In this document: positions 55,757-64,000 of the stretch, in pieces
Numbering within the stretch: the stretch's first letter is position 1
Layout: each line of letters opens with the position of its first letter
NCBI GenBank assembly: GCA_035479875.1
Contig: DATIIH010000013.1
Location: forward strand, 37,089 to 101,088
Length of the DNA stretch: 64,000 nt
DNA from: Patescibacteria group bacterium
GTDB lineage: Bacteria; Patescibacteriota; Saccharimonadia; Saccharimonadales; UBA4665
Reading direction: 5' to 3'
Made by a program: the position numbers and the translations under genes
The notes under the pieces: model-generated
What the model saw: the letters and a program-made list of their open reading frames with translations, nothing else
What the model was told of the DNA's origin: nothing
The model's database searches: none

Positions 55757-56815
55757 ATGATTACAGATCTGCGTCTTCAAAACTTTCGTTCGTACAATGA
55801 TGCGTCGTTTGAGCTCTCGTCCGGGGTGAATATTATTGTCGGGCCGAATGCCAGCGGGAAGACGAATTTGTTGGAGGCGGTGTTGGTGTTGGCACGCGGT
55901 GGGTCGTACCGAGCGAGCGATAGTGAGTTGGTGCAGTTTAACGCGTCCTGGAGCCGCCTGGACGCCGATACGCCGCACGGCAAGCGCACGGTCAAGTTGG
56001 AGCAGATGGCGCACGATAAGTACCTCAAAAGCTTTGAGATTGACGGCCAGACACTCAGCCGTCTTACCTCAGCGCGCACGATGCCCGTAGCATTGTTTGA
56101 ACCGAATCATTTACTGCTTTTGAGTGGCTCACCCGAACTTCGTCGTACCTTTATTGATGACCTCATAGAACAGACTATTCCGGGCTACGGTGCCACACGC
56201 CGGCACTTCAAGCGCGTGTTGGCTCAGCGCAATGCACTGCTTAAAAAGCAGCCGCGCAATCTGGCGGAGCAACTCTTTGTGTGGAATATCCGTTTGAGTG
56301 AGTTAGGCGGCAAGATAGCCAGTGAGCGTCAAAAGCTCACTGAACGTTTTAATGAGCGGATCGATGAGTTGTACGCCGGCATCAGCAATCAAAAGAATAG
56401 GATCGAGCTGGGCTACAGCGCCCAATTTCCGCTGCATAGTTACGAGACCGCCCTGCTTAGTAAACTTGAGACCGGGCTGGAGCACGACATCGCCCGCGGC
56501 TTTACTGCCTATGGTCCACACCGCGACGACCTGCTGGTGACTATCGACGGTCATCCGGCTCAAAACACTGCCTCGCGCGGGGAAGCGCGCACGCTCGTGT
56601 TGGCGCTTAAAATCCTCGAACTCTATCTACTAGAAGATATGCGCGGTCAAAAGCCCTTGCTGCTCCTTGACGACGTATTTAGTGAGCTCGACGGCAAACG
56701 TCGCCAAGCACTCACTCATTTTGTAGCCGATTATCAGACGTTTATTACTACCACCGACGCGGATTTAGTGGTACAGCATTTTACCAGCAGCAATATTATT
56801 CCACTTGGCAGCTAA
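55757..56815 (+). CDS. recF: DNA replication and repair protein RecF
   Basis: LQNFRSY, GPNASGKTNLLEAV, GPHRDDL, SRGE, LLLDDVFSELD. Confidence 0.95.
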   Translation: MITDLRLQNFRSYNDASFELSSGVNIIVGPNASGKTNLLEAVLVLARGGSYRASDSELVQFNASWSRLDADTPHGKRTVKLEQMAHDKYLKSFEIDGQTLSRLTSARTMPVALFEPNHLLLLSGSPELRRTFIDDLIEQTIPGYGATRRHFKRVLAQRNALLKKQPRNLAEQLFVWNIRLSELGGKIASERQKLTERFNERIDELYAGISNQKNRIELGYSAQFPLHSYETALLSKLETGLEHDIARGFTAYGPHRDDLLVTIDGHPAQNTASRGEARTLVLALKILELYLLEDMRGQKPLLLLDDVFSELDGKRRQALTHFVADYQTFITTTDADLVVQHFTSSNIIPLGS

Positions 56816-56818
56816 GCG

Positions 56819-57478
56819 TTAGTCGTTAGGATCGCTGCTCGCCGTGTAGGTGATTTGCGTGGTTGTGATGTTCACCTTGTTGCTCTGGATAAATTGGAGT
56901 GCCTCGGCCTTGTAGCCGTTATACTGCTGGGTATAGTCGGTGCGGTCGGTCGTTGGGTCGGCGATGGGATACACAGTGACCAGGAGGCTTAACGTATTTT
57001 TACTATCAAGCGAATAGTCAACCTTAAAGTCGGTGGTTTGGTACGGCAGATAGCCGATAATAGGGTATGTAGCGGTAAGATTCTGGGAGGTCTGCGCGGC
57101 GTCAGCGCCGGCAGCGGCTTCGCGCTGCTGCTGCACGGCCGGATGGTTCAACAGGTAGTTCATCGCCGCCGATGAGTTTGGTATCGGCATCAGATAGATC
57201 ACCCGGGACTTGTTTAGGCCTTTGGTGTCTACGGTTTTAGTCACTGGGTCAAAGTATTGCCTCGTAGCTTCGAAGACATGAGTGCCCGGACTCAACTGTA
57301 CATGGCCCGCTTTAATCGGCTTACCATCGAGTGTAATGGCCGAATCTGCTGGCAGGGCTTGCACCTGCACCTGCACACCTGTGCCGCTCTTGCCAAGCAA
57401 TAACGCTGCAACGACGAGCGCAAGCACCAGGAAGCCGCCAACGATGAGAAGCAACTTCTGTTTACTAGTCATATGCAT
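56819..57478 (-). CDS. Membrane-anchored protein with PEGA-like domain (T4SS-like cluster)
   Basis: N-terminal TM; PADSAITLDGK...LSPGTH. Confidence 0.65.
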   Translation of the reverse strand: MHMTSKQKLLLIVGGFLVLALVVAALLLGKSGTGVQVQVQALPADSAITLDGKPIKAGHVQLSPGTHVFEATRQYFDPVTKTVDTKGLNKSRVIYLMPIPNSSAAMNYLLNHPAVQQQREAAAGADAAQTSQNLTATYPIIGYLPYQTTDFKVDYSLDSKNTLSLLVTVYPIADPTTDRTDYTQQYNGYKAEALQFIQSNKVNITTTQITYTASSDPND

Positions 57479-57486
57479 ACCCCCGT

Positions 57487-58908
57487 TTATACTTTTGTCA
57501 GATCAGTTAATGGGCGAACCCAGTGGTCGGTAGTAAAACCGTAGGTTTTGCTGGCCATTGGCGTACGCCAAGAGTGCCCGGTAGTGCTGAATGACGCCGA
57601 CGCCGCTGTGTAGTTCGTGAATAGTCCCGGGCCAACATAGATATAAGTGTGCCCCAGTCCGGACTCGAAGTATATATCGCCGGGTTGGAGGTCCTTTGAG
57701 CTTTTGACCCCCGATAGGATCTTATATTTACTTGGATGGCTTCTCACGTAATCATATTGTGCAACCACGTTGCTAGCCTGATCATTATAGTTTGGGTCGG
57801 CTCCGCTATTGCGGAAGACTTGGGTGACAAAACCGCCACAGTCTACGCCTGGGTGCGCACCGCCGCCAACATAGCCATTGTGAGCGGCTACCGCCGCCGC
57901 ATAGGCCGGTGTCATTGTGAAGTAGTTCGGCGGGACATAGACTGGGTGTGAATAGGCACAAATAGTACTAAAGAACTTGCCAATAGCCGGGTTATTGCAG
58001 CCGCCGGATAGTGACGATGTCGTGTCATTAAACGCGGCGCAACCAGTGTCGCTGCTTGTGCTCGATGTTGAGGCAGGAACGCTATCATAGCCAATTGGGA
58101 GCGTTGTTACCACGTTAGGAGAAGCATAATATGCGTCGAGAATCGCTTGTGCCGTGATCTGCCATTTGGAGTACGCTAGGGGGAAGGCCGATACTTGGAC
58201 AGTTTGTGCCGCGACACCCGGGTCGATGGTCTGGTAATTAGGCACCCTGTTCTGTAGGCCCTTCTTCACCGCCCCGGGGTTTTTGGTGTCGGGTGGGTAG
58301 GTGATGTTGGCGCCTTTGGGTATGCCAAAGAATGCTTCGGCAGCGTAAGACACGTCGAGTATTTGTTTGACGCCGCGTATGTCGTGCGTCGAATCCCCCT
58401 CGTATGTGCTCCAGCCGGTGGATGTTTGCTGTTGCATGACGCCTAAGGAGGTGTGGTCGCCACCGTTACCTTCATTTGCCAGGCCAGTGGATAGTGGCAC
58501 GTTCGAGGTATTCGTGAGGTTGTATATGTGGCTTTCTTGCAATGAAGTCATGAGGCCAATCAGCGCGCCACGCTCGCTTAATCCCATCAACTTGGATACG
58601 GAAATGATGGTTTTGGCATTGGCAATTTGTGTAGCGGTTAGGTGCAGACTTTTGTTCCCGCCTACGACAACAGGGCTGGCTGGTGGCGGCACTGTGGTGC
58701 CACTGTCGGCAGTACCGTCTGCGCCGCATCCCTCCTCGGTGTTAAAGTACAACACACCGTGGTCGAGTGCGCTCTTTTGGGCCGAGGTCATGGCAAACAC
58801 ATTGGTCTGGCTGCTTGTAAGCAAACACACTACCATACTGAGGTTGCCAGTAACGAGCAGCCCTTTTTTGAGGTAACGCCTACTAAATTGCTGCAATCGT
58901 CTGCGCAT
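57487..58908 (-). CDS. Secreted peptidoglycan hydrolase: lysozyme-like domain plus NlpC/P60
   Basis: LMTSLQES...SLGVMQQ lysozyme-like motif; GVDCGGFV...GHTYIY NlpC/P60 Cys-His. Confidence 0.8.
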   Translation of the reverse strand: MRRRLQQFSRRYLKKGLLVTGNLSMVVCLLTSSQTNVFAMTSAQKSALDHGVLYFNTEEGCGADGTADSGTTVPPPASPVVVGGNKSLHLTATQIANAKTIISVSKLMGLSERGALIGLMTSLQESHIYNLTNTSNVPLSTGLANEGNGGDHTSLGVMQQQTSTGWSTYEGDSTHDIRGVKQILDVSYAAEAFFGIPKGANITYPPDTKNPGAVKKGLQNRVPNYQTIDPGVAAQTVQVSAFPLAYSKWQITAQAILDAYYASPNVVTTLPIGYDSVPASTSSTSSDTGCAAFNDTTSSLSGGCNNPAIGKFFSTICAYSHPVYVPPNYFTMTPAYAAAVAAHNGYVGGGAHPGVDCGGFVTQVFRNSGADPNYNDQASNVVAQYDYVRSHPSKYKILSGVKSSKDLQPGDIYFESGLGHTYIYVGPGLFTNYTAASASFSTTGHSWRTPMASKTYGFTTDHWVRPLTDLTKV

Positions 58909-61520
58909 TACATCCCCAGTGCCGCCATAGCGGCTGTATTAGAACTATAACCAGATGGTGGATTGGCAAAAGCTGCTGCGCCCGCCCTGGGGTCACTCAG
59001 TGTGCCCGTTGGGAAGCCGAGGTCGTCGCAAGATTGGGGGTCGTTTTCGGCGTAGCAAGCGTAACTCTCTATGGCAACGGTCGACCTAATGTAGGCACTA
59101 ACTTGCGCCCACTCGGTAGTGTCTTCGGCACAGTGGTTTTCTGGCTTAGCTTGGTCGTACGCCGAGGGCACTTCGCCGGTGCTCGTAACCGTGCCGTCGA
59201 GGCCTACATTCATGCCGTTGCAAGCTTTGGCGCGGTCGATGAGCGCTTGGCCGTCTGGGCCCGGCAAGATTTTATTAATTACGTCGTCAGCGTTTTTGAA
59301 TGGGTTTTTAGTGAGGGGGTTATTTAGGTCTGCCAGCGACACACCAATGTGGGGAGCGCCATAGTTGAAGTCTACTGGTCCAATGGCGGAGGTGCGGGCA
59401 CTCAATAGGCTGCCAAACAGTGACGCCAGGTGTGGCAACATACTCAGCAGGTTGGAAGTAAGAGTGCTGATGTTGTACATAATGCCAGGGTTAATCTTGT
59501 CATACAGGATTGATGCTAGTGTGTGTGGGTTGTAGAGATTAAATAGTCGGTAGGCGATGTTGTGCGAGGCGAACTCTGCTTTGTCATCGGCGGCCTGGAC
59601 GGTTTGCAGCTGCCCAACCTCTTGCGGGGTTAATACGTGGCCGCCGGTAGATGCTTCGATGTCATTCTCGGCGAAGAAACCCCCATAGTTTGTGAAGCTA
59701 CCGTAGTCCGCGCCGTGCGGTACAGTTGGCACAGGGTGCCCGGCTAGCCAGCCCAAGAGCTGTGGTATGAGCGGCTGGACGGCGACGCCGATTGCCGAGG
59801 TGGCGATGGCTGATATCGGACCGCCAATAAAGCTAATGCCAAAGCTTATGACTTGGCCGACGGCTGAGTCTGCCGCTTTACAGACCGTACCAAGACCCGG
59901 AATTGAATTAAGGAATTTGGTAACGGTGTTTCCCTCTACGCTCACCCTGGCATTGTCCGGAATATCTGGCCCATTTTGTGGTTGATGTAGTTCGGCCTGG
60001 ATGCTGCGGGCATCTGCCCAGCTGGTATTAGTCTTGTCGTCGTGGTACATTGCTGTGTAAAAGCCTAGCTGCTCCAGGTCCATGTCTGGACCGCCATTTT
60101 CGGCCTCGCTTCCGACGGATTCAGCCTCCCCCGCCAAGCGTATTTGCGGCAGTATGGCCGCTTTTTCTTGGATGCTATCGAATTGTGCAGCCAACGCCTG
60201 GGCCAGACAGGCGATGCTAATCAGGCCGACCCCACCGGCCGTAATTTTAAATCCGGTACTCTTAATGAAACTATCGAGCGGTGCGGGGTCGCCGGATTTT
60301 ACGCCATCTCCAGCCTGTTGGAGCTGTTGCAGTTCGGCTTCGGTAGCAGCTTGAGCGTCAGCGGCATTCGCCGTTGCTGCCTTGTCCTTGGGGTCCGTCT
60401 CCGATTCAGCAGTGACGACGATATTCTCCCCATCCTGGATATTGGCGGCACGTTTTTTTAACCAAGCCGACAGTTTTTGATCGACTGTCTTAAATAGTGC
60501 CGCATCGAGCTTTTTAATTGGATGCCAGGTAACGCCTGCGCGTTTGCCCATAATCCGGGCCGACAGCGCACCCGTAATACCCTTTAGGCCGGCCTCTCTA
60601 ACCATTGTTTTAATGAGTGGTTTTTCGGAGTACGTCATGCTAACGGCGGGGGCAAACAGCTTACCCTTGGGTATATGGGGGTTGTCGGCGTGCGTCTGCA
60701 AGTTGACGTGAAATACTTCTTTATAGTATTCGATTATTGCATCATCAAGAGTTTTGAACGGGATTCCCTGTTCTTTCAGATAGGCTTCTATTCTTGCCGC
60801 AGATTTGAGGTCGGTATCGCTCACATCCGCCAGTTTGATAGGATCGATCATATAGCCGTCTAAAAAGCCAAACAATGGTGTGTACGCCGTCGCAATACCG
60901 TTGACGTTAAAACGAGCTTCAATTTTATTGGCGAATTTGTTGCCCAGGATGCCCATGCGGGTGTTCTCCGGCTTGCGGTCATTGATGTAGCGCGCGATTT
61001 TACTCATCGTGTCGTCGCTTTGGTTCTGACCCTCAGAAAAGTGAAATTGGTTGAGCAGTTGGGCAATGTGAATGGCCTCGAACGGGCTCGACGAAATGAG
61101 CGTGATGATACCGCCACCGAGCAGCGTAATAATTGACGCGGCAAGATAGACCTTGCGTTTTTTTAGGTATTTGTTTACAAAGCCGTCGCCCTTTTTGCCC
61201 TGTGCTCCGCCCTTGCCCTCGCCACCTTTTTTTACAAAGCCGCCGGATGGCGCGTCGCTGCTAGAGCTCTCGGCTTCGCTTTTGGACGACGTGCTGCCTT
61301 TGTTGCCTTTGCCTTCGGTTTCGCCTTCTGACTCTGAATCGGCAGCAGACGATTCGCGTTCGCCAAGCGGATGGTCAGCCGACTCTTTGTAGTTCTCCGG
61401 GTCGGTCATTTGACTGAACTCGCGGTTGTAGTGTTGCTGGGCGGCGTCTTGCTCCGCAGCCTTTAGATCTTCTTTGTGGTCTGGGGGGAGTAAGTCGGAG
61501 TCATAGTCTGTTTTTGCCAT
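58908..61520 (-). CDS. Large membrane-associated protein of the T4SS-like cluster
   Basis: 870 aa with several hydrophobic segments; coupled to virB4 and the hydrolase. Confidence 0.7.
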   Translation of the reverse strand: MAKTDYDSDLLPPDHKEDLKAAEQDAAQQHYNREFSQMTDPENYKESADHPLGERESSAADSESEGETEGKGNKGSTSSKSEAESSSSDAPSGGFVKKGGEGKGGAQGKKGDGFVNKYLKKRKVYLAASIITLLGGGIITLISSSPFEAIHIAQLLNQFHFSEGQNQSDDTMSKIARYINDRKPENTRMGILGNKFANKIEARFNVNGIATAYTPLFGFLDGYMIDPIKLADVSDTDLKSAARIEAYLKEQGIPFKTLDDAIIEYYKEVFHVNLQTHADNPHIPKGKLFAPAVSMTYSEKPLIKTMVREAGLKGITGALSARIMGKRAGVTWHPIKKLDAALFKTVDQKLSAWLKKRAANIQDGENIVVTAESETDPKDKAATANAADAQAATEAELQQLQQAGDGVKSGDPAPLDSFIKSTGFKITAGGVGLISIACLAQALAAQFDSIQEKAAILPQIRLAGEAESVGSEAENGGPDMDLEQLGFYTAMYHDDKTNTSWADARSIQAELHQPQNGPDIPDNARVSVEGNTVTKFLNSIPGLGTVCKAADSAVGQVISFGISFIGGPISAIATSAIGVAVQPLIPQLLGWLAGHPVPTVPHGADYGSFTNYGGFFAENDIEASTGGHVLTPQEVGQLQTVQAADDKAEFASHNIAYRLFNLYNPHTLASILYDKINPGIMYNISTLTSNLLSMLPHLASLFGSLLSARTSAIGPVDFNYGAPHIGVSLADLNNPLTKNPFKNADDVINKILPGPDGQALIDRAKACNGMNVGLDGTVTSTGEVPSAYDQAKPENHCAEDTTEWAQVSAYIRSTVAIESYACYAENDPQSCDDLGFPTGTLSDPRAGAAAFANPPSGYSSNTAAMAALGM

Positions 61521-61523
61521 CGC

Positions 61524-63443
61524 CTACCTCGCAAGATTATTAGTGCTTCCCGGATACAATTGGTTTTTCAAATCAATAGTGCCTTGCGGCTGGTTAAACT
61601 CCCCGCCCTGCTCCATTTGTTGGACTTGGTTGGGGTTGGTAGTAATTAAGCTGGATTCGGTGGGACTAGCCACAACTTGAAGGTGGACGTGGTTTTGGCC
61701 AGCAAAGAATAGGCCTTGGCCTACCGGGAACTGACTCAGACGTTTCTTCTCCTCACTCGTGAGTTTAAAGACATCCGACAAAACATCGACCGCCGACGGC
61801 GACTGCTTGAGTAAGAATTGCATACTGGCGTTGGCCACGATTGCCCGCCCCATGCGTGAGCCCATAAAGTCTTCCACGTCTTGGGTGATCGTGGTGATGC
61901 CCAGGTTGTACTTACGGGCACGCTTGGCGAGGCTGAACATAAAGTTGGCTGAGTCCTCGTACTTCATAAGCTGCCAGGCTTCGTCGACGATTAGCATACG
62001 GCGCCTACGGTCGGATTTGGTCTTGTTCCAGATGTAGTTAAGGACGATGTACATGGCCACCGGGCGGAGTTCGTCCTCGAGGTCGCGGATGTTAAACACT
62101 ACGAGCGGGTTGTTAATGTCGACGTTACTCTGCTGCGAGAAGATGCCGGCAAACGTGCCTGTGGTGTACTTGCGCAGGCGCTGCGACAGCTGCGGGCCGG
62201 TGCCGCCCATGTGCAGTAACGTGTCATATAGGTCGGCGATTGTAGGTGGCAGCCCTTGGTGAGTAAGCGGGTCGTTGGTGATGCCGGCCTTAGCGTAAGT
62301 TTCGATTAAAGCTGCGTCGAGGTCAGATTCTTCCACTGGACTCAGCGCCGGAGCCATCACTGCCGTGCCACCCATCATCTGAGCCTGGGCGCCGCCCATC
62401 ATTAGGCGTAAGAGACCATGCAGCGTAATCAGGTTAGAACGTAGCGCATTGTCTGCTTCTTCGCTATCGACGACTTTTGGTAGGTCAAATGGGTTAATGC
62501 GCGTGGCCGAACTCAGGCTCAGGCGCACATATGCACCGCCGACAGCGTCGCACATCCGCTCGTATTCGTTTTCGGGGTCAATAATGAACACTTCGGTGCC
62601 CATCATCATCGATCGTAAAGCTTCGAGCTTAACAGTAAACGATTTACCGGCACCGGACTTAGCAAAGACTACTGAGTTGCCATTTTCCAGGCTGAAACGG
62701 TCAAAGATTACCAGGCCGGAGTTGTGCATGTTGATACCATACAAAATGCCATTTTCTTGCGTTAAGTCGGCGCTCGTGAACGGGAAGCTGGTGCTTATGT
62801 CGCCGGTGCTCATGTTGCGCCTAATTTGTAGTTGGTCGCTAAACTGCGGCACCGTGCTGTTTAAGCCTTGCTCTTGCTGCGAAGTAGCGGCCTTGCTGTA
62901 CACCAGCTGTTGGCCGAGCAATGACTCGACTTTGTGGCTTACAAACTCCATCTCTTCATCGCTGCCGGTGTAAATCGTAAAGTAAAAGCCAAAGCGGAAG
63001 AAGCGTTCTTCGCCCACCTGCAATTTGTCGCGCATTTCTTCGGCGTCCAAAATGGCGGCTTGCTTGCCCGGGTCGCGGACGCGGCCTTTTTCGGCATCGA
63101 TTTGGATGCCGGCCTCTAGCTGTGTCACTTTTTTGCGCAGGTTGTCGAGGACCACTTGGCTCTCTACCGGGTAAATAAACAGCGAGATATCAATAACTTC
63201 ATCGAGGTTAATCATGCTGCTGAGCCAGCCGGTGTACAGTTGGCGTGGGTAGCCGTAGACGTAGTACGTGCGCGCTTGGCGTGTGCCGAGGCGGAAGCGG
63301 TCGCTGGCGAACTCAATAGAGCTGGGCGCAATAAAGTCGCGCAGCGCCGTAATGCCCTTTTGGAACGCGGCGGCTACCTCTTGCTGTTCGCGCAACTGCT
63401 GTTGTTGAGCAAGCGCTACGGCGTCGAGTTTTTGCTTAGCCAT
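61524..63443 (-). CDS. virB4: VirB4/TraE-like type IV secretion ATPase
   Basis: Walker A AKSGAGKS, IDPENEY, INPFD, Walker B IVDEAW, RARKY, ITQD. Confidence 0.88.
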   Translation of the reverse strand: MAKQKLDAVALAQQQQLREQQEVAAAFQKGITALRDFIAPSSIEFASDRFRLGTRQARTYYVYGYPRQLYTGWLSSMINLDEVIDISLFIYPVESQVVLDNLRKKVTQLEAGIQIDAEKGRVRDPGKQAAILDAEEMRDKLQVGEERFFRFGFYFTIYTGSDEEMEFVSHKVESLLGQQLVYSKAATSQQEQGLNSTVPQFSDQLQIRRNMSTGDISTSFPFTSADLTQENGILYGINMHNSGLVIFDRFSLENGNSVVFAKSGAGKSFTVKLEALRSMMMGTEVFIIDPENEYERMCDAVGGAYVRLSLSSATRINPFDLPKVVDSEEADNALRSNLITLHGLLRLMMGGAQAQMMGGTAVMAPALSPVEESDLDAALIETYAKAGITNDPLTHQGLPPTIADLYDTLLHMGGTGPQLSQRLRKYTTGTFAGIFSQQSNVDINNPLVVFNIRDLEDELRPVAMYIVLNYIWNKTKSDRRRRMLIVDEAWQLMKYEDSANFMFSLAKRARKYNLGITTITQDVEDFMGSRMGRAIVANASMQFLLKQSPSAVDVLSDVFKLTSEEKKRLSQFPVGQGLFFAGQNHVHLQVVASPTESSLITTNPNQVQQMEQGGEFNQPQGTIDLKNQLYPGSTNNLAR

Positions 63444-64000
63444 TATTGCATCTCCCGTTGTAGGTGCGCCTGCGGAGCGGTGCCCTCGCCCTTAGTGACT
63501 ATGTCGGCGTCCATCTTGCCAAAGTTTTTAAGCGGTTGGCGGGTGGCGGTGTCGGGATTGTAAGAGTCGTAGTACAGTTCAATTAATTCTTGAGTGTCTA
63601 GCGGCAGCCCTTGGATGCCGGCTTGGAGGAGCCCCTGCAGCACTGACTGTACGCGGTTGCGCAGCTCGGTTTTAGCTTTTTCGAGATCGGCTTCGTTAAT
63701 AGTAACGTGCTGCTCTTGCTTGCTGAGCAGCGACATAAAGCCGGTAACAAAGTTTTTGCTCTGGCTAATAGCCTTTTGGACATCCACGTGCGGAAAGTAC
63801 GGCACCACGACATAAAAACGCTTGTCCATGATGTTGGTCTGCTGGCTCAGTTGGTCGATGTACTGGATGTAATCATCCATGAGCACGGCAAGCAGCATGT
63901 TTTCGTGCTCAGTGCGGATTTTGTCGAGCCGTTCGATGTACGGCTGGAGGTCAACCTTCTGAGAACGAATAAAGATTTGCACTGGGAAGTACAATGAGTT
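63443..64000 (-). CDS. T4SS-cluster accessory protein upstream of virB4, 5' end beyond the window
   Basis: The frame stays open to the window edge (NSLYFPVQIFIRSQ). TTG 63994 is probably not the true start. 1-nt overlap with virB4. Confidence 0.7.
   Translation of the reverse strand, partial: NSLYFPVQIFIRSQKVDLQPYIERLDKIRTEHENMLLAVLMDDYIQYIDQLSQQTNIMDKRFYVVVPYFPHVDVQKAISQSKNFVTGFMSLLSKQEQHVTINEADLEKAKTELRNRVQSVLQGLLQAGIQGLPLDTQELIELYYDSYNPDTATRQPLKNFGKMDADIVTKGEGTAPQAHLQREMQ

Noticed and set aside
1-64000. Alternative genetic code (UGA=Gly, code 25)
   Set aside because: Conserved genes are full length under code 11 and some genes end in TGA with normal overlaps.

Overview
Chromosomal window from a Patescibacteria (CPR) bacterium, most likely Candidatus Saccharibacteria. 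The assignment is inferred from gene content and protein style; standard code 11 gives intact ORFs. It spans the replication origin (jag-yidC-rnpA-rpmH / dnaA-oriC-dnaN-recF) and a ~30 kb cell-surface glycan locus at 20-50.5 kb (priming sugar transferase, GT4s, GT2s, glmS, two ManC paralogues, PMM-like HAD, WecB, Wzm/Wzt, flippase-like and ligase-like proteins, two GT-C/YfhO-like proteins, two methyltransferases). It also holds the end of a VirB4/NlpC-P60 type IV secretion-like cluster, and a left arm with murC, two HhH-GPD glycosylases, an AbrB-Doc toxin-antitoxin pair, aspS, dsbA and lineage-specific membrane proteins. The most unusual part is 17.2-20.0 kb on the minus strand, where most signals are non-coding or missed by the ORF track. 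These are a complete class-II-type cobalamin riboswitch with terminator/antiterminator upstream of a 518-aa Cys-tailed protein of unknown function, a ~190-nt rod-like RNA candidate in front of a protease-less LexA-like repressor, and a 30-aa ORF with its own consensus promoter and RBS. Other notable signals are a perfect 29-bp inverted repeat enclosing a 20-bp palindrome between dnaN and recF, pervasive leaderless promoter architecture, a GT2::GT-C fusion, and a divergent nucleotidyltransferase-HAD-kinase operon. All calls come from reading the sequence; no database searches or folding programs were run.
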